The notes under the pieces are model-generated. The model was not told the DNA's origin, made no database searches, and saw only the letters and a program-made list of their open reading frames with translations. DNA of 64,000 nt from assembly GCA_965217865.1 (NCBI GenBank), contig CBDCJO010000002.1:1728001-1792000 (forward strand). The letters run 5' to 3'. Of the stretch, positions 9,717 through 19,210 are shown in pieces. This DNA is from Candidatus Latescibacterota bacterium (GTDB lineage Bacteria > Latescibacterota > UBA2968 > SICM01). The position numbers and the translations under genes are program-made. The stretch's first letter is position 1, and every line of letters starts with the position of its first letter.

Positions 9717-9885
9717 ATCAAAAGTTCAAAACCCAGATTCTGAGTTCCAAAAACCAAGAGGGAATGGGAGATCGCTTGGACCACGAAACTGGGTGGGGAT
9801 GAGGTATGGAGGGGAGGCCGAAAATTTTTGGATAACGGGAAGAAGAGAAGACGTGAATTTTGAAATATAAGGAAAGGGGGATCTC

Positions 9886-10356
9886 GTGCCCTGGCTGATC
9901 TTCGCGATGATGACCGTTTGCTCTTGGGGGCTTTACGGTGTCTTTTTGCATACCGGTCAGATTTCCATGGCTGATCCGATCAACGGACGTTACAAGGCAT
10001 TCTTGTTTGTCGGGATCGCTTATCTCATGACCGCGGTGCTGGGATCACTGATCGTACTGCTCGTGAATGGTGCTTCGTGGGATTTTCCTGCGAAGGGCAT
10101 GACCTGGTCGATTCTCGCGGGGGTCGTGGGTGCGCTGGGTGCATTCGGCGTTCTGCTGGCCTTCGGAGCAAAGGGGACTCCCAGCGTGGTCATGGCGATC
10201 GTTTTCGCAGGCGCACCGATTGTCAATGCGATCGTTGCGATGTCCCTTCATCCCCCAGAAGGGGGATTTTCAAGTCTGAGCTGGCCGTTCCTCCTGGGTA
10301 TCCTCATGGCGGCTATGGGGGGGTGCTTAGTATCCCTGTACAGGCCGGGGACATGA
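9886..10356 (+). CDS. Small EamA/DMT-like membrane protein
   Basis: Five hydrophobic helices, WGLYG and VFAGAPIVN motifs. Confidence 0.6.
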   Translation: MPWLIFAMMTVCSWGLYGVFLHTGQISMADPINGRYKAFLFVGIAYLMTAVLGSLIVLLVNGASWDFPAKGMTWSILAGVVGALGAFGVLLAFGAKGTPSVVMAIVFAGAPIVNAIVAMSLHPPEGGFSSLSWPFLLGILMAAMGGCLVSLYRPGT

Positions 10357-10502
10357 GTCGGGGGTCAGGGGTCGGAGGTCAGAGGTCAGAGGTCAGGGAT
10401 CAGGGTCGGGGGAAAGTGAAGATTGAATATTGAAAAGATCCACAGGACCACAAGAAAGTCCTGAGTGGTTCAAATGTTCAATTTTCCGATATTCAATATT
10501 CA
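10355..10502. repeat. Heptamer tandem tract (RGGTCRG) followed by a nested palindrome
   Basis: gagtcgg gggtcag gggtcgg aggtcag aggtcag aggtcag ggatcag; then tgaagattgaatattgaaaa ... ttttccgatattcaatattca enclosing ccacaggac/gtcctgagtgg. Confidence 0.8.
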
Positions 10503-10513
10503 TTGAGTTTAAG

Positions 10514-10933
10514 ATGGCATCTGAATTCCATACAAAACGGCGAATAGAATTCTCCGACACGGACATGGCCGGGATCGTTCATTTTGCCCGGTTTTTTGTT
10601 TTCATGGAAGCCGCCGAGCACGAATTCCTTCGTTCCCTCGACATGAGTGTCTCGATGGAGCACGATGGAAACGTGATCAGCTGGCCCAGGCTGTCCACTT
10701 CGTGCGAATACCTGCATCCTGTCAGGTTCGAGGACGAGCTGGGTATCCATCTGAAGGTTGAAAGGATTGGCACCAAATCCATCACATACCAATTTGAATT
10801 TTCAAACGGAGATGCGATCGTTGCCCGGGGAAAGCTGAAGGCTGTTTGTTGCATCTGCAATCCGGGGGAAGATATGAAGGCGACTCCGATACCCAATTTT
10901 ATCACGGAACGGATGAAGGGAGAATCCGCGTAA
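10514..10933 (+). CDS. Acyl-CoA thioesterase (4-hydroxybenzoyl-CoA thioesterase/YbgC hotdog fold)
   Basis: RRIEFSDTDMAGIVHFARFFVFMEAAE motif. Confidence 0.9.
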   Translation: MASEFHTKRRIEFSDTDMAGIVHFARFFVFMEAAEHEFLRSLDMSVSMEHDGNVISWPRLSTSCEYLHPVRFEDELGIHLKVERIGTKSITYQFEFSNGDAIVARGKLKAVCCICNPGEDMKATPIPNFITERMKGESA

Positions 10934-10982
10934 GGGAAGGAGAAAACGGATCTCTCAGGTTTAAACCTGATCGAAGCCGACC

Positions 10983-11666
10983 ATGTCCAGCTCGCCATCA
11001 CTTAAAGTTTCCGATATCACCAAAAGCTTCGAGAGAGAAGCGGGTCCCATCGAGGTGCTCAAGGGAATTTCGTTTGAGATGACCGAGGGTCAATCGCTTG
11101 CGATTACCGGTCCCTCGGGTTCCGGAAAGAGCACCCTTTTGCATTTGATCGGTTCTTTGGACAGGCCGTCGGCCGGATTGGTCGAGATCAATGGGATCGA
11201 TCCAGCCGGTCTTCGAGAACCGGAATTAGCCCGATTTCGGAACCGTGTCGTGGGTTTCGTCTTTCAGGACCACCATCTTTTGCAGCAGTATTCCGTTCTT
11301 GAAAATGTGCTCATTCCCACCCTGGCGCACGGCAAACCTGATTCCGAATCCGAAAATCGTGCAAGAGAAATCCTCGAACGGGTCGGGCTTTCCGAACGCC
11401 TGGATCATCTCCCTTCGGCGTTATCCGGGGGAGAATGCCAGCGGGTTGCGGTCGCACGAGCGCTAATTAATCGTCCCGCACTTTTGCTCTGCGATGAGCC
11501 CACGGGCAATCTCGACCGAAATACCGCCCATTCTGTCGCCTCGGTTTTATTCGAACTCCACCGCGCAGAAAAGAATATCCTGATCGTTGTGACCCACAGC
11601 CTCGACCACCTCCCCCTTTTTGATCGGTGTTTGGAATTGAAGGAGGGAACTTGCGTCGAAGTTTAA
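10983..11666 (+). CDS. ABC transporter ATP-binding protein (LolD/MacB type)
   Basis: GPSGSGKST, GFVFQ, LSGGECQRVAVARAL, DEPTGNLD, VVTH. Confidence 0.95.
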   Translation: MSSSPSLKVSDITKSFEREAGPIEVLKGISFEMTEGQSLAITGPSGSGKSTLLHLIGSLDRPSAGLVEINGIDPAGLREPELARFRNRVVGFVFQDHHLLQQYSVLENVLIPTLAHGKPDSESENRAREILERVGLSERLDHLPSALSGGECQRVAVARALINRPALLLCDEPTGNLDRNTAHSVASVLFELHRAEKNILIVVTHSLDHLPLFDRCLELKEGTCVEV

Positions 11667-14600
11667 TCTATTTCTGGCGCGTCAACACGGCGGTGATCGT
11701 TGCCGCCGCGATTGCCACTTCGGTACTCACGGGTGCGTTTCTTGTGGGTGATTCCGTCCGGGGGAGCCTGAGAGACCTCACCCTGGATCGGCTGGGTCGA
11801 ATCGATTATGCGTTGACCTCAGACCGGTTTTTCCGCGAAGGTTTAGCACGCGAACTGTCCAACGAGAGGTCCTTTTCATCCCGGTTTGATGATGCTGTTC
11901 CTGCGATTTTGTTGAACGGGTCCGCACTGGACGTCAAGGTGGGATCGAGGGCTTCCGGCATCCAAATCCAAGGCATCGATGAACGCTTCCTGGCCCTGAT
12001 GGCCGACCAGCCGGGGTTTCCCGACGGATTCTTCCTGAAGAGACCGGATCAAAACTTCCCTTCGATCGTCATCAACGAATCCCTTCAGAGGGAGCTGGGT
12101 TCCGAAATCGGCGATCCCATCCTGATCTCTTTTGAAAGACAGAGCGAGGTTCACCGTGAATCCCTGCTTGGCCGCCGAAACTCCGCGGACGTCGTTCGAT
12201 CCCTCCGACTCACCCTTACTCATGTCATCCCGGACCGGGGTACCGGAAGGTTCGGTCTTCGACCCCGTCAGGGCACCCCGCTGAATGCCTTCGTCTCTCT
12301 ACCTGTGTTGGCCCAAGCCCTTGGACAGGAGGGCCGGGTCAACACCCTTTTAACGGGTCAAAAGGGGTCATCCCCGCCCGGCTTCTCCGAGCGGAATGGG
12401 ACGCAAACGCTGCAGGCCCTACTCGGGGGCGTTTTGAAGCTGGACGACCTGGGCTTAATTCTGCGGCGGGACATGGACCGTGTTTCTCTCGAAAGCAAAC
12501 GGTACTTGCTTTCCCCTCACACGGTCGAGGTTGCAAGATCGCTTTCGATTGAGCTCAGGACGCCGCATTTGCCCCTTTTCACTTATCTGGCAAATTCCAT
12601 CAGGGGGAACAAACGAACCATTCCTTATTCGACGATCACCGCCATTGATTTCGATTGGATCGGAAGACCTGAAGAGCAGGGGGTATTCGGGCAGATACGA
12701 TGGGCCAGTGGAACACCCGGAGGCCAACTGGCGGATGACGAGATCCTGTTGAATGAATGGACAGCCCAGGATCTGGGCGTGAAAGTCGGTGATCCCGTGA
12801 AGGTCGCTTACTATGTTGTGGGTCCGGGGGAAGAGCTTCATACCCGAGAAACGAAATTCCGGTTGAAGGGCGTTCTGGAGCTCAGCGGGTTTGCCGCAGA
12901 TCCCGGGTTGGCACCGAAATTTCCCGGAATCCTGGACGCGGATGATATTTCGGCCTGGGAGGCCCCCTTTCCGATGGACATGAAACAAATTCGTCCGAAA
13001 GATGAGGCCTACTGGGATGAGTTTGGCGCCGCTCCCAAGGCCTTTATATCAGGAAGGACGGGAAAACGCTTATGGGGAAACCGATTCGGGAGTCTTACCG
13101 GGATCTGGATCGGTTCGCCACCCGGAGGTGATCTGGAGGGGACGCTGGTCGACTTTCGTAAAGGGTTGTTGGACAGGATTAGGCCAGAGGAAGTCGGTCT
13201 TGCCTTCATCCCTGTCAAAGCGGAAGGATTAGGGGCGGCTACGGGGGCCACGGATTTCAGCGGTCTGTTCATTGGATTCAGCCTGTTTCTGATCGTGTCT
13301 GCGGCCCTTCTGGTCGGATTGCTTTTCAGGCTGGGCGTGGAGGAGCGGGTTAAGGAGGTGGGAACGTTGCTGTCGCTGGGTTATCCGATGCCCGCAATCC
13401 GTCGGCGTTTTATGGGGGAGGGGATTATCCTGGCCGGGATCGGTGGGATGCTTGGGGTTGGAGGTGCGGTCGTGTATGCCTGGCTGCTTACCTTGGGTTT
13501 GCGAACCTGGTGGTTGGCGGCAGTAGGGAGCCCTTTTATCTTCCTCCACATCGACCCACTCAGTCTGGCCGGTGGTTACCTCATCTCTCTCCTGGTGGCG
13601 CTGATTTCCATCCGGTTCTCGTTTCGATTGTTCGGCCGAATGCCTGTCCGGGCTTTATTGTCCGGTGTCGTGGACATGATTCGGGGCGGATCGGCCAGGA
13701 TGGCCAGGAGGTTGGGTTATTTTGGTCTGAGCCTGGGTGTTTTTTTGATCGTCGCTGCCCTTATCCGGGGGACGGGATCATCCGTGGAGCTTTTTTTTGG
13801 GAGCGGTGCGGCCTTTCTGACCGGGGGTCTGGCCTTTTTCTCCGTGTGGATCCAATCGCGGAGGCATCGAGGAAAGTATCGGCTGGGTTTTGGAACAATT
13901 TTAAGAATGGGAGCTAGTAACTGTGCGCGTCGTCCCGGGCGCAGCCTTCTCTGTACAGGTCTGGTGGGTTGTGCGTGCTTTGTCATCGTATCGGTGGGGT
14001 CGAGTCGTCGGGAGGAGATGCCATCTGGAACGGCGACAGGGACCGGGGGGTTCGATCTAGTTGCGGAATCGGACATCCCGCTACATCACGATCTTAACAC
14101 TGAAGCGGGCAGGTTTGAGATGGGATTTCCGAAGGAAGGGGGGTGGCTTAAGGATTCCGTAGTCTTTCCTTTTCGAACCCTCCCGGGAGAGGATGTGAGC
14201 TGTCTCAATCTTTATCGACCGGAAAGACCGAGAATTCTCGGAGTTTCCCGTGGCATGATAAGTCGGGGGGGATTTCAATTTCAGGAGGTCCTAAGCCGGA
14301 CTCTTGAGGAGGCGGAAAACCCGTGGCTCATCTTAGAGAAAGAAATCGAGCCGGGGGTGATTCCGGCGATCGGGGATTACAACTCGGTCCGATGGATTTT
14401 ACATCTGGGGCTGGGCCAGGATCTGAACATCCGGGACGAATCGGGCAGGGAGACACGGCTTCGCCTGGTCGGACTTTTGCACAACAGCCTGTTTCAGGGG
14501 GAGCTGTTGATTTCGGAAGCTTCGTTTACAAGGCTTTTTCCCAACAGGAGCGGTTACGGATATTTCCTCGTCGAGACGCCTCCCGCAAAGGACCGCGAGG

Positions 14601-15079
14601 TCGCGTTTGAACTGGAGCAAAATCTCGGCACCTATGGCTTCGACGTTTCTCGAACGGGCGAAAAGTTGGCCCGATACCAGTCCGTTGAAAACACGTACCT
14701 ATCGACGTTTCAAACGCTGGGCGGTCTCGGGCTGATTCTGGGAACTTTCGGCCTGGGGATTGTCCTGATTAGAAATGCAATCGAAAGACGTGGCGAACTG
14801 GCCACCCTGCGCGCGTTCGGTTTCCGCCGATCGACACTGATGACAATGCTTCTGGCTGAGAACGGTTTTACTCTCGTCCTCGGTCTTCTGATCGGGAGTG
14901 TCTCGGCACTCATCGCCGTGGCGCCCCATTTGATCAGCCAGGGAGGGAATATTCCCTGGTTTTCCCTTATTATCACTTTGATCCTGGTCGGCCTTTTTGG
15001 TTTGGCGGCCAGCGCCGCAGCGGCCTTCTATGCGGTCAAAGCTCCCCTTATGCCTTCCCTCAAATCGGAGAGGGGTTGA
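11651..15079 (+). CDS. ABC transporter permease with two FtsX/MacB modules
   Basis: Two repeats of the ER..E..TL..LG motif with large periplasmic loops; AGGAGG precedes TTG at 11651. Confidence 0.9.
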   Translation: MRRSLIYFWRVNTAVIVAAAIATSVLTGAFLVGDSVRGSLRDLTLDRLGRIDYALTSDRFFREGLARELSNERSFSSRFDDAVPAILLNGSALDVKVGSRASGIQIQGIDERFLALMADQPGFPDGFFLKRPDQNFPSIVINESLQRELGSEIGDPILISFERQSEVHRESLLGRRNSADVVRSLRLTLTHVIPDRGTGRFGLRPRQGTPLNAFVSLPVLAQALGQEGRVNTLLTGQKGSSPPGFSERNGTQTLQALLGGVLKLDDLGLILRRDMDRVSLESKRYLLSPHTVEVARSLSIELRTPHLPLFTYLANSIRGNKRTIPYSTITAIDFDWIGRPEEQGVFGQIRWASGTPGGQLADDEILLNEWTAQDLGVKVGDPVKVAYYVVGPGEELHTRETKFRLKGVLELSGFAADPGLAPKFPGILDADDISAWEAPFPMDMKQIRPKDEAYWDEFGAAPKAFISGRTGKRLWGNRFGSLTGIWIGSPPGGDLEGTLVDFRKGLLDRIRPEEVGLAFIPVKAEGLGAATGATDFSGLFIGFSLFLIVSAALLVGLLFRLGVEERVKEVGTLLSLGYPMPAIRRRFMGEGIILAGIGGMLGVGGAVVYAWLLTLGLRTWWLAAVGSPFIFLHIDPLSLAGGYLISLLVALISIRFSFRLFGRMPVRALLSGVVDMIRGGSARMARRLGYFGLSLGVFLIVAALIRGTGSSVELFFGSGAAFLTGGLAFFSVWIQSRRHRGKYRLGFGTILRMGASNCARRPGRSLLCTGLVGCACFVIVSVGSSRREEMPSGTATGTGGFDLVAESDIPLHHDLNTEAGRFEMGFPKEGGWLKDSVVFPFRTLPGEDVSCLNLYRPERPRILGVSRGMISRGGFQFQEVLSRTLEEAENPWLILEKEIEPGVIPAIGDYNSVRWILHLGLGQDLNIRDESGRETRLRLVGLLHNSLFQGELLISEASFTRLFPNRSGYGYFLVETPPAKDREVAFELEQNLGTYGFDVSRTGEKLARYQSVENTYLSTFQTLGGLGLILGTFGLGIVLIRNAIERRGELATLRAFGFRRSTLMTMLLAENGFTLVLGLLIGSVSALIAVAPHLISQGGNIPWFSLIITLILVGLFGLAASAAAAFYAVKAPLMPSLKSERG

Positions 15080-15101
15080 TCTCCAAGAAGCAGGAGATAT
15101 A

Positions 15102-16733
15102 TCAGGAGTCGGGGGCCGGATCCAATGGCAACTCGTAACACGCAGCCTCCCGGTCGTTCCTGACGAGTAGATAAGATCCGGCCAGCGCCGGATTGTTCCA
15201 TGTCTTGCCCCTGAGTGCCGGAAAGCTGCTGAGCTCTTTGAATCGGTTCGGGTCTGCTTCGACCAGTGCAATCTCGCCTGATTCGGCCAGTACGATCAAG
15301 ATGTCTCCAACCAGGATCATCTGTCCGTGTCCGTAGCGCCCCCGCTTCCACGCGCGTTGACCGTCGGTGAGATTCAAACAGACCAGGACACCGTCATCCA
15401 GCCCATATAGATATCCCCCGCGGTGAACGACGTTCGTGAACTTGGCCTTAAGGCGTGTTGTCTCCCAAACGAGCGTTGCTTCCAAATTTCCTTTCTCATT
15501 CCGAAAAATCTGAAACAGCTTGCAGCCGATACCATAGCCGCTTGAAACGAATACGCGATCCCCGGGCAAGGGGACGGGTTGAGCGACGCATTCCACGCCT
15601 TCAGGCCATGGATGCTCCCAGAGGAGACTCCCGGTGACCGGATCGTGTGATGCCACATTTGCCCGGTTGAAGATGAGGATTTGAGGGACCCCCGCCAGCC
15701 TGGTGATCAGGGGAGAGCTATAGCCCGCGGGATCCTCTCCCCCGCCCCACACGAGCCGGCCGGACTCCTGGTGGTAAGCGATCAGGGACCTTCCCCCATG
15801 CCCTCCAGCACTGACTACGACGAGACTGTCGATGATCAGCGGAGAACCGCTCATCCCCCAGTGGTTCATGTTTGCGTTGTTCGATTCGATGATATCGTGA
15901 GACCAGATCCGCCTTCCCGTTCGAAGATCGAGACAGTTGAGGATTCCGGTGGCGCCCAGGGTGTAGACACGATTCTTTTCGATCGTCGGTGTGGCTCGAG
16001 GCCCGATCCCTGCAAGGGTCGTCTCATACCTGGTTTTATCGCTGTGCCGCCACCTTTCCTGACCGGTTTTCAGGTCGTAACAGACGACCATCTCCAGTTC
16101 CCCGCTCTGCTCCTGAGTGACCGCATCATTACCGACAACCGCGAATGCGGACCAACCCTCCCCGATTTCCCTTCTCCATATCAATCGCGGCGGACGCTTC
16201 GACCAATCCCGTGATATGGGGATCCCCGGGAGGACCGCATTACGATCCGGTCCCAGAAACTGCGGGTAGTCCTCAACTGAAGACGAGGGTGCACTATCGA
16301 TATCGTGTAAGAAAGTGTCAGGAACGATCGTGTTCATTCCTGAACGCTCAACCCATCGCCAAGTTAGAATGGGAACCATGTCTCCACTCACGCCACCGAC
16401 CCGGAGCAGACCCACGGACGAAGCAAACACGAGGAGGAAGACAGCGAACACAAGCAGACGAATTTTCAGGGATGTACGGGAAAAGAACAGCCACCAGATC
16501 AGGAGCGCTAGGACCGTCACGATCGACACGGATATCGTCTTAAAGGCCTGCGATTGTCGGCTCGGGGCGTCGGATGACCATATGAAGACGATCAACAATA
16601 GGGACAACAGAACCACAACGGGAAGGGGCCACCAGCGGATGGGATTCCCGGATGAACGTTCCCCTTCCGGTTTCCGAGAAGCGCCTGATCCGCGGGACCG
16701 GATCGATTTCAGGATTGATATGATGCCACCCAT
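15102..16733 (-). CDS. Membrane-anchored PQQ-like/BamB-like beta-propeller protein
   Basis: N-terminal TM helices, YPQFLGPDRN, repeated CxDLxTG..W blades, GPRATP, TWNNPAL. Confidence 0.85.
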   Translation of the reverse strand: MGGIISILKSIRSRGSGASRKPEGERSSGNPIRWWPLPVVVLLSLLLIVFIWSSDAPSRQSQAFKTISVSIVTVLALLIWWLFFSRTSLKIRLLVFAVFLLVFASSVGLLRVGGVSGDMVPILTWRWVERSGMNTIVPDTFLHDIDSAPSSSVEDYPQFLGPDRNAVLPGIPISRDWSKRPPRLIWRREIGEGWSAFAVVGNDAVTQEQSGELEMVVCYDLKTGQERWRHSDKTRYETTLAGIGPRATPTIEKNRVYTLGATGILNCLDLRTGRRIWSHDIIESNNANMNHWGMSGSPLIIDSLVVVSAGGHGGRSLIAYHQESGRLVWGGGEDPAGYSSPLITRLAGVPQILIFNRANVASHDPVTGSLLWEHPWPEGVECVAQPVPLPGDRVFVSSGYGIGCKLFQIFRNEKGNLEATLVWETTRLKAKFTNVVHRGGYLYGLDDGVLVCLNLTDGQRAWKRGRYGHGQMILVGDILIVLAESGEIALVEADPNRFKELSSFPALRGKTWNNPALAGSYLLVRNDREAACYELPLDPAPDS

Positions 16734-16859
16734 TCGACAAGGAGGGATATATGAAACGGATATCGATGACTCTTACAACACTTCGGGTGTAAAATATAAC
16801 GAGAATCTGGAGAGAAGCCGGGGAGTTTATTTAGGATGAAATGGATGCTGACATTGGTG

Positions 16860-16887
16860 TTGACATCTTATGGATCCCGTATATACT
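16860..16887 (+). promoter_or_regulatory. Sigma70-like promoter
   Basis: TTGACA-N16-TATACT about 85 bp upstream of the ATG at 16971. Confidence 0.6.
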
Positions 16888-16970
16888 TATCACCGTTACC
16901 GACGATCCAGGTTTCGTGGGATTGTCGGGAAACGACGGATGAGAGTGTCTAACGATCACTGGAGGATGCG

Positions 16971-17828
16971 ATGAATAAAAAAACCGAACGGCCCAAAATT
17001 CGTCACATGGCCCATTTGGTGTCCCTGCTGGAGTCTGGTAAGCGTAAATTGACCATAGAGCAGGGGCTGAAGCTTGTCAAAGAGGCCGGCTTCGACGGGT
17101 TTACGGGGCGGGTGCCGATGATCACTCGGGAACACGTAGAGAAATCAGGTCTTCTTTTCGCCGCAACGGTGGATATCGGGGGAATTCCGGAGATCAAGTC
17201 CAAACTCCGAGCCATCAAGGCGGTCGGGACTCGGTGCGTGAACGTTCAGATGCTCGACCACGATACGCCGACCAAACGCGCTATCGAGGTGGGCCGTCGG
17301 GTGATGGCTGCCTCTGAAGAGCTAGAAATGGATGTTTCCATAGAGGTCCATCGGGACACTTGCACGGAAACGCCGGAAAAGGCCTACGCCCTGGCGAAAG
17401 GATATGAAAAGGCCGAGGGACGGCCTTTGAAAATGACGTGGGATTTTTCGCATCCCGCGGTGATTAAACATCTCAGGCCGCCATACTGGGACCGGCTTGC
17501 CGAACGACCTGACCTGATTCAGCTTGCCAACCAATTTCACTTCAGACCGTTTAACGGGCACCACGCCCAGATTCCCGCGCTGGGCAAAGGTGGAAAATTC
17601 ACGCCAGAATTCGTGGATTGGTTGGAATTTTCCGAAAAGGTCATCCAATGCTGGCTTCAAACCGCTACCGCCGGAAGGGAGATGATCGTCTGCCCGGAAC
17701 AGATCGCAGGCGGTTATTTTCTTTCCGTTTTCGGGGATCGCTGGAAGGATGTGAAGGCGATTCGGAAAGCGGTGGACCGGGTCTGGAAGAAAAACGTCAA
17801 ACGGTGGAAACCACCGAGAAGAAGGTGA
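16971..17828 (+). CDS. Xylose isomerase-like TIM-barrel protein
   Basis: KEAGFDG, IEVHRDT, TWDFSHP, FHFRPFNGHH, VCPE. Confidence 0.75.
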   Translation: MNKKTERPKIRHMAHLVSLLESGKRKLTIEQGLKLVKEAGFDGFTGRVPMITREHVEKSGLLFAATVDIGGIPEIKSKLRAIKAVGTRCVNVQMLDHDTPTKRAIEVGRRVMAASEELEMDVSIEVHRDTCTETPEKAYALAKGYEKAEGRPLKMTWDFSHPAVIKHLRPPYWDRLAERPDLIQLANQFHFRPFNGHHAQIPALGKGGKFTPEFVDWLEFSEKVIQCWLQTATAGREMIVCPEQIAGGYFLSVFGDRWKDVKAIRKAVDRVWKKNVKRWKPPRRR

Positions 17829-17841
17829 AACGGGAAAAACT

Positions 17842-17965
17842 AGTAGCAGTGGCAGTAGCAGGAAAGGTAAAGGCGGGGGTCGGATGTCGGATGTCGGATG
17901 TCGGAAGTCAGGGGTCAGGGAGAGAAAAAACCGTGAGACGTGAGAAATCGTGAAACGAGAAAAGA
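17842..17965. repeat. Stacked short tandem repeats (GCAGTR, GTCGGAT, CGTGAGA)
   Basis: agtagcagtggcagtagcagg is identical to the 6213 arm; gtcggat x3 plus variants; cgtgaga x2 plus variants. Confidence 0.85.
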
Positions 17966-18100
17966 TGAATCGCTATGGGTAAAACTTAGATACCCGCAGC
18001 AGGAGTCATTCCGGGAGGATTCGTATACCCCTTGAATGTTGGCTAAAATTATGTTAAATTTGGATATTGGAATAAGCCATGACGTATATCTAACTTCATA

Positions 18101-19018
18101 GTGGAGGCACACGTGTCTGTCCAGGTGGAAAAGGGTTATCCTCTCTGTCCTGAAAAATTGGAAGAAAAGCAGATTCAACAGTTTCGGGAGAACGGTTTTC
18201 TCGCATATGAAGGCATCATTTCATCCGAGGAGGTGGAGGCCGCCCGGTCGGCTTTAACGGAAATTACCGTTAAGGGGATCGAAGAAGCCCAGCGGGGAGA
18301 GGCGGAAGTCATACAACCGGATAAAAATGCGACGAAGAATTATTCCGGTGTGCGCATCCAAAGGTCCAATGAAAGGGCTGGGATTCATTTCGAGCCCGGT
18401 TTCGATCCTTTGGCGATGAGCCCTGAAGAGGCGGAACTGAAAATCCGGAAGCTTCACGGGTACAATCAAGATCATCCGGACCTTCAATCCCTGGTGATAC
18501 ATCCAAAAATAAAGGGAAATGTTGAGGCTCTGATGGGATATGAGGCGATTCTAAGGGGCGACATGGCGCTGTCGAAACCACCGTTTATCGGATCGGAAAA
18601 GCCCTGGCATCAGGACAACGCGTATTTCGTGCATATTCCCTTGGACTCGGTCATCACGGCATGGATCACGCTGGACGATGCAACTGTCGAAAATGGGTGT
18701 ATGCACGTGATACCCGGTGGACATAAGCTCGGGGCCTTCAAACATGAGCACAGGATCGACTGCCAGATCGTTGAAGGACGGCTTGATGTAAGCAAGGCCG
18801 TGCCGATCGAGTTGAAGGCCGGTGGAGGTATGTTCTTCTCGGGTATGTTGCCCCATGAAACCCCACCGAATCACACCGAAAAACGACGTCGGGCACTCCA
18901 ATTCCAGTACCGTGGATCGAATACGCTAACCTTGACACGTGAGGAATTCGCCAAGGTTTTCGTTGAAGCGGACGGAACCCCGGCTTCGTGTGCGGTCGCG
19001 GAGCGGATCATCGGGTAA
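18101..19018 (+). CDS. Phytanoyl-CoA dioxygenase (PhyH)-family Fe(II)/2OG enzyme
   Basis: KPWHQD, AWITLDDATVENGCMHVIPG, LPHETPPN...RRALQ. Confidence 0.9.
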   Translation: MEAHVSVQVEKGYPLCPEKLEEKQIQQFRENGFLAYEGIISSEEVEAARSALTEITVKGIEEAQRGEAEVIQPDKNATKNYSGVRIQRSNERAGIHFEPGFDPLAMSPEEAELKIRKLHGYNQDHPDLQSLVIHPKIKGNVEALMGYEAILRGDMALSKPPFIGSEKPWHQDNAYFVHIPLDSVITAWITLDDATVENGCMHVIPGGHKLGAFKHEHRIDCQIVEGRLDVSKAVPIELKAGGGMFFSGMLPHETPPNHTEKRRRALQFQYRGSNTLTLTREEFAKVFVEADGTPASCAVAERIIG

Positions 19019-19210
19019 AAAGAAAAGATGTCAAAGACCAGGGTTCCAAATTGATGACTCAAGAGTCTGAGAAAGTGCTGGAAGGGATTTGAGCCTTTCG
19101 GACTTCCCCTTGGCAGTGTTCGGTGACCACAGGCCAAGGCTGGAACTTGAGCCTCAGCGATAAAACCGGTGTCCCTCTGAAAAACGGGTTTAAGACATCA
19201 CGGATGCGAC

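Noticed and set aside
15102-16733. True PQQ dehydrogenase or BamB
   Set aside because: Only generic propeller blades are seen; no quinoprotein catalytic motifs or lipobox were recognised.
10355-17965. CRISPR array
   Set aside because: The repeats are 6-7 nt tandem units with no unique spacers, and no cas genes are present.
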